A stretch of DNA of 64,000 bases, from NCBI RefSeq assembly GCF_964213995.1, contig NC_135808.1, positions 12,090,001-12,154,000 of the forward strand, read 5' to 3'. The notes under the pieces were generated by a model. The model saw only the letters and a program-made list of their open reading frames with translations. It made no database searches and was not told the DNA's origin. Shown piece by piece: positions 59,513 to 64,000 of this stretch. Numbering within the stretch: the stretch's first letter is position 1; each line of letters opens with the position of its first letter. The DNA comes from Mustelus asterias. Lineage: Eukaryota. Both the position numbers and the translations under genes were made by a program.

Positions 59513-60345
59513 AGTAAGAAGTCTCACAACACCAGGTTAAAGTCCAACAGGTTTATTTGGTAGTTACAGAATACTGACTAGAATGCGAATCCCTACAGCC
59601 AGCCAGGTCTTAAAGGTACAGACAATGTGGGTGGAGGAAGCATTAAGCACAGGTTAAAGAGATGTGTATTGTCTCCAGACAGGACAGCCCGCAAGTCCAG
59701 GAGGCAAGCTGTGGGGGTTACTGATAATGTGAAATAAACCCAACATCCCGGTTTAGGCCGTCCTCATGTGTGCGGAACCTGGCTATCAGTTTCTGCTCAG
59801 CGACTCTGCGCTGTCGTGTGTCGTGAAGGCCGCCTTGGTTAGCAGTCGCGGGCATTCAGCCTCGGATCTTCAGGTAAGCGTTCTCCAAGGCGGCCTTCAC
59901 GACACACGACAGCGCAGAGTCGCTGAGCAGAAACTGATAGCCAAGTTCCGCACACATGAGGACGGCCCAAAACCGGGATGTTGGATTTATGTCACATTAT
60001 CAGTAACCCCCACAGCTTGCCCCCTGGACTTGCAGAATCTCACTAGCTGTTCTGTCTGGAGACAATACACATCTCTTTAACCTGTGTTTAATGCTCCCTC
60101 CACCCACATTGTCTGTACCTTTAAGACCTGGCTGGTTGTAGGGATTCGCATTCTAATCAGTATTCTGTAACATGATTTTGTGTCTCTGTGCACTGTTTGA
60201 GAGCACATTTCCACTCCATCTGACGAAGGAGCAGCGCTCCGAAAGCTTATGGTATTTGCTACCAAATAAACCTGTTGGACTTCAACCTGGTGTTGTGAGA
60301 CTTCTTACTGTGTTCACCCCAGTCCAACGCCGGCATCTCCACATC
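59513..60345. mobile_element. Penelope-like element, inverted pseudo-LTR pair
   Basis: Arms ~59511-59838 and ~59885-60312; 13-bp TSD ATGCTAGCTTCAC at 59500-59512 and 60346-60358; a related uninterrupted site is at ~62750-62790. Confidence 0.92.
60216..60252 (+). ncRNA. Minimal hammerhead ribozyme motif
   Basis: CCATCTGACGAAGGAGCAGCGCTCCGAAAGCTTATGG; core intact. Confidence 0.8.
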
Positions 60346-60754
60346 ATGCTAGCTTCACCCAGGGCAGGGCATGAATCATAGAATCCCTACAGCGCAGAAT
60401 GAGACCATTCAGCCCCCATTTACCCTGTTAATCCCCCTAACCTACACATGTTGGCCCACTAAGGGGCAATTTAGAATGGCCAATCCAATTTAGCATGGCC
60501 AATCCCCCTAATCTACACATGTTGGCCCACTAAGGGGCAATTTAGAATGGCCAAGATTGAAAGTTTCTGCTCTGAAGCAGAATGTGAAGCAGCGATCTTG
60601 TGACTCAGAGAGGTGAATTCCACTCAGGTCCAGGGCAGGAGGACTGAAAAGATAAAAATTGAATGGATACTGAGCAAGTGAAATGGGAGGGAAGAATAGA
60701 ATGGATGGCAGAGGGCAGCAATGAGACAATTGGAGAAGTTTTCCGAGTTGGAAA

Positions 60755-60948
60755 TGAAGGAGGGCGTATTTAAACTCGTCCCTGCCTATGAGGGCAGTGT
60801 GATTATACTTCCTTTGCGGAATCCGCGCCCTTTCCAAGCGGAAAGGCTTTTTCTATTCGTTATTCGCGCTGGATAATGTTCGCCACCAATTTGTGGAGTT
60901 TTCTCCAACTCGCCGTGTGTGTTGAACGAGCGGCGGCAGCAGGTAAGG
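60755..60948 (+). promoter_or_regulatory. Possible promoter / non-coding first exon of a downstream gene
   Basis: Local CpG enrichment outside repeats, TATTTAAA near 60766, ETS-like motifs and a strong donor CAG|GTAAGG after 60942. Confidence 0.35.
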
Positions 60949-61146
60949 CGGGGAGGGCGGAGAGGGGACTTTTTGTTGCTGTTGTGGGAATATCTCTGCC
61001 ATGGCCGGGAAGTGAATACCCCGAAGAGACCCTGGAATCGGACAAGCAGTGAAGTGGGAATGTCTGTGGGATTGGGGTGGGGGAAGGGGCTGCAGGGTGT
61101 CTGAACAAGGGGAGCAGTGGCCAGCACCTCTGAGAAAATTCAGTAG

Positions 61147-61480
61147 AAATCATAGAAACCCTACAGTACAGAAAGAGGCCATTCGGCCCATTGAGTCTGC
61201 ACCGACCACAATCCCACCCAGGCCCTACCCCCATATCCCTACATATTTTACCCACTAATCCACGCATCTCAGGACACTAAGGGGCAAATGTAGCACGGCC
61301 AATCAACCTAACCCGCACATCTTTGGACTGTGGGAGGAAACCGGAGCACCCGGAGGAAACCCACGCAGACACGAGGTGGATGTGTAAACTCCACACAGAC
61401 AGTGACCCAAGCTGGGAATCGAACCCAGGTCCCTGGAGCTGTGAGGCAGCAGTGCTAACCACTGTGCTACCGTGCCACCC
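61147..61480 (-). mobile_element. Full-length HE1-type SINE
   Basis: Reverse complement shows head, core and tail. Confidence 0.92.
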
Positions 61481-61560
61481 TCCTTATAGCAGTACTATTC
61501 CCACAGTACTGCTCCTTATCCCTCCATCTCACATCCACTCCCCCCCCCCCCCCCTACCCC

Positions 61561-61827
61561 CAGGGCATATAAAGACACAATACTTACAGCTAACCAAGTT
61601 TTAAGTCTTCAAGTATTTCGCATTCCAACCATTATTCATGCAAATTGAGTTTGTGTCTTTATATGCCCTGTTTGTGAACAGAATTCCCACTCACCTGAAG
61701 AAGGGGCTTGGGGCTCCAAAAGCTTGTGTGGCTTTTGCTACCAAATAAACCTGTTGGACTTTAACCTGGTGTTGTTAAACTTCTTACTGTGTTTACCCCA
61801 GTCCAACGCCAGCATCTCCACATCATG
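61561..61827 (+). mobile_element. Penelope pseudo-LTR fragment (second subfamily)
   Basis: Same 3' end (CCAAATAAACCTGTTGGACTTTAACCTGGTGTTG..CATCTCCACATCATG); perfect 20-bp inverted repeat at 61561-61580/61651-61670. Confidence 0.8.
61692..61728 (+). ncRNA. Degenerate hammerhead motif (catalytic G12 changed to A)
   Basis: CAC-CTGAAGA-A-GGGGC ttggg GCTCC-AAA-AGCT-T^GTG; stem I covaries (CAC/GTG). Confidence 0.6.
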
Positions 61828-62165
61828 AACACCCACCAGGGCAGCAACATGACGGCTGGAGGCCAACAAAGTGAATTAAGCTGCCGAGAGAGTCTAACAA
61901 ATGTCTTATATAAGTTCAGGATAACTTCCTTGCTTTTGTACTCTATGCCCCTATTAATAAAGCCCAGAATTCTTTCTTCACTGCTCTCCAATCAGTACTA
62001 TTATAGTCATCATTACTGAGGCTGGTTTATTTTCAAATTTATTAATGGAATTTAAATTTCACTTGTGGGATTTGATCCCAGGTTCGTCAAGAGTATTGTC
62101 TAATTATATTCGCATCTCATTGTACCACGCACCCTGAAAGAATAAACAACAAATGAATACAACCA

Positions 62166-62417
62166 GGTGGTGATGTGTGGTGGTGATGTGTGGTGGTGAT
62201 GTGTGGTGGTGATGTGTGGTGGTGATGTGTGGTGGTGATGTGTGGTGGTGATGTGTGATGGTGTGTGTGTGGTGTGTGTGGGTACTATGTATGCATGAGT
62301 GTGAGAATGTGTGTATATGTGAGTGTGTGCATGAGTATGTGAGAGTGTGTATCTGTGAGAGTGAGCATGCATGTGTGGGTGTACGTGGGTGTGTGTGCAT
62401 GTGTGGGTGTGTGTGTG
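62166..62417. repeat. 13-bp tandem repeat (GTGGTGATGTGTG)n, ~7 units, followed by GT-rich low-complexity sequence
   Basis: Directly visible. Confidence 0.93.
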
Positions 62418-62931
62418 GACTGAAATATAAGCAGGATTTATGTCAGTTATATTATACAATATCGTTATATTATACAATATCAGTCTTAAAACATTTTGAG
62501 ACTGTAGACAGAGAGGAACAGCTTTGGGCCAGATATCAACTCATGAAAGAGCAAATCTAACCTTCACACTCATTCTGATGCGATCTTGTTTGGTGGAGGG
62601 TTAAAAGCGTGTGGAATAAGACTGGTAGGTCGCTCACACGGTCATTTCCCCCACTTAAATGCAGCAACAAAAATTGGAATTGTTTGTAAACCACGGGTCT
62701 GGCTGTACAATATCAGAGATAGCGTAATGTGGACAATAACAAACTCTGCCGACTCCCTGTGACACTGGCTTCACCCAAGAGAGGACATGTAAGTAGTTTC
62801 TGATCAAAGTTTCAATAACGGCCCAAAATTAAAACTGCTCTGAAGCAGGGCCTGGAACAACGCCTTTCTGCTTCAGAGATGAGAGTACTGCCACCATCAA
62901 GTCATTGCTAACTCTCCTTATTACTTTGCAC

Positions 62932-63241
62932 TGTGGCAGAGTGGTTAGCACTGCTGCCTCACAGCTCCAGGGACCTGGGTTCGATTCCTGACTCGGGTCA
63001 CTGTCTGCGTGGAGTTTGCACATTCTCCCCGTGTCTGTGGGTTTCCTCCGGGTGCTCCGGTTTCCTCCTACAGTCCAAAGATGTGTGCGTTAGATTGATT
63101 GGCCACGCTAAATTGCCCCTTAGTGTCAGGGGGATTAGCTGGAGTAAATGCATGGAGTTACAGGGATAGGGCCTGGGAGGGATTGTGGTCGGTGCAGATT
63201 GGATGGGTCGAATGGCCTCCTTCTGCACTGTAGGATTCTAT
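62932..63241 (+). mobile_element. HE1-type SINE
   Basis: Head, core and tail visible. Confidence 0.88.
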
Positions 63242-63580
63242 TCAGCTTGTGCTGTAACTCCGAATGCCACCACTTTCTCCAACACTAATTTTACCATGAC
63301 TGTTAACTTGACAATGAGTGCCGTCTCTTCCATTGTGAGTATGACAACTTCTAGCTTAATTAGTTCAAAAAATATGCTTCTTTTGTAAAATGCATAAAAG
63401 TACACTTACGGTTCAAATTTATCATTGCACAAAGTGTGGCACGTTTCAGCTTAGCCAGTGGGACATGCATATCCTGTGAAACGATTGAGCAAGTAACTCT
63501 TTATAGACCCCTCCTTACTTTTGAACGCCTCTTATCAAATCTCCTCTCAACCTTCTCTTCCCAAAGGGAAACAACTCCAG

Positions 63581-63916
63581 GGGGTGGCACGGTGGCACAG
63601 TGGTTAGCACTGCAGCCTTACAGCGCCAGGGTCTCGGGTTCGATTCCTGGCTTGGGTCACTGTCTGTGCAGAGTTTGCACGTTCCCCCTGTGTCTGCGTG
63701 TGTTTCCTCCGGGTGATCCGGTTTCCTCCCAAAGATGTGCCGGTTAGGTGCATTGGCCATGCTAAGTTGCTCCTTCATGTCCTGGGATGCGTAGGTTAGA
63801 GGGATTAGCGGGGTAAATGTGTGGGGTAACGGGGATAGGGCCTGGGTGGGATTGTTGTTGGCGCAGTCTCGATGGGCCGAATGGCTTCCCTCTGCACTGT
63901 AGGAATTCTACGATTC
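63581..63916 (+). mobile_element. HE1-type SINE
   Basis: Head, core and tail visible. Confidence 0.88.
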
Positions 63917-64000
63917 TCCTCTCCAGCCACAAGTAACTCAAATTCCTTATTCCTGGAACCATTCTCATAAATCTTTTCTGCATCCTCTCTAACATCTTCG

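Noticed and set aside
62100-62560. His/Thr-rich or Cys/Val-rich ORFs (also 7273-7759 and 23431-23676)
   Set aside because: Translations of GT/CA simple repeats.

Overview
Eukaryotic (vertebrate) DNA, probably from a shark or other cartilaginous fish, inferred from HE1/V-SINE-type and Deu-type SINEs and CR1-rich repeats. Bases 1 to ~57,100 are a tandem array of four + strand TRIM genes (RING-B-box2-coiled coil-PRY/SPRY). They have the classic six coding exons of 393-396, 96, 234, 23, 119 and 533-536 nt. Copy A is truncated by the window edge, copies B and C are intact (466 and 465 aa), and copy D has its RING exon broken by an inverted-repeat Penelope element. Each promoter has a 28-bp G-quadruplex minisatellite followed by a CCAAT/E-box/ETS/ISRE module, and intron 2 holds a 69-bp satellite. 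The SPRY variable loops differ strongly between copies, while the other exons and the introns are nearly identical. The mobile elements carry the most unusual signals. A near-complete CR1 LINE has ORF1 ending in the slippery heptamer U_UUA_AAC, with ORF2 in the -1 frame and no usable ATG, which makes it a candidate programmed -1 ribosomal frameshift. The Penelope-like elements carry minimal type I hammerhead ribozyme motifs, and one forms a 409-bp hairpin just downstream of an ISRE promoter. Most short ORFs in the track are spurious. Coordinates were read by eye, so repeat boundaries may be off by a few bases.
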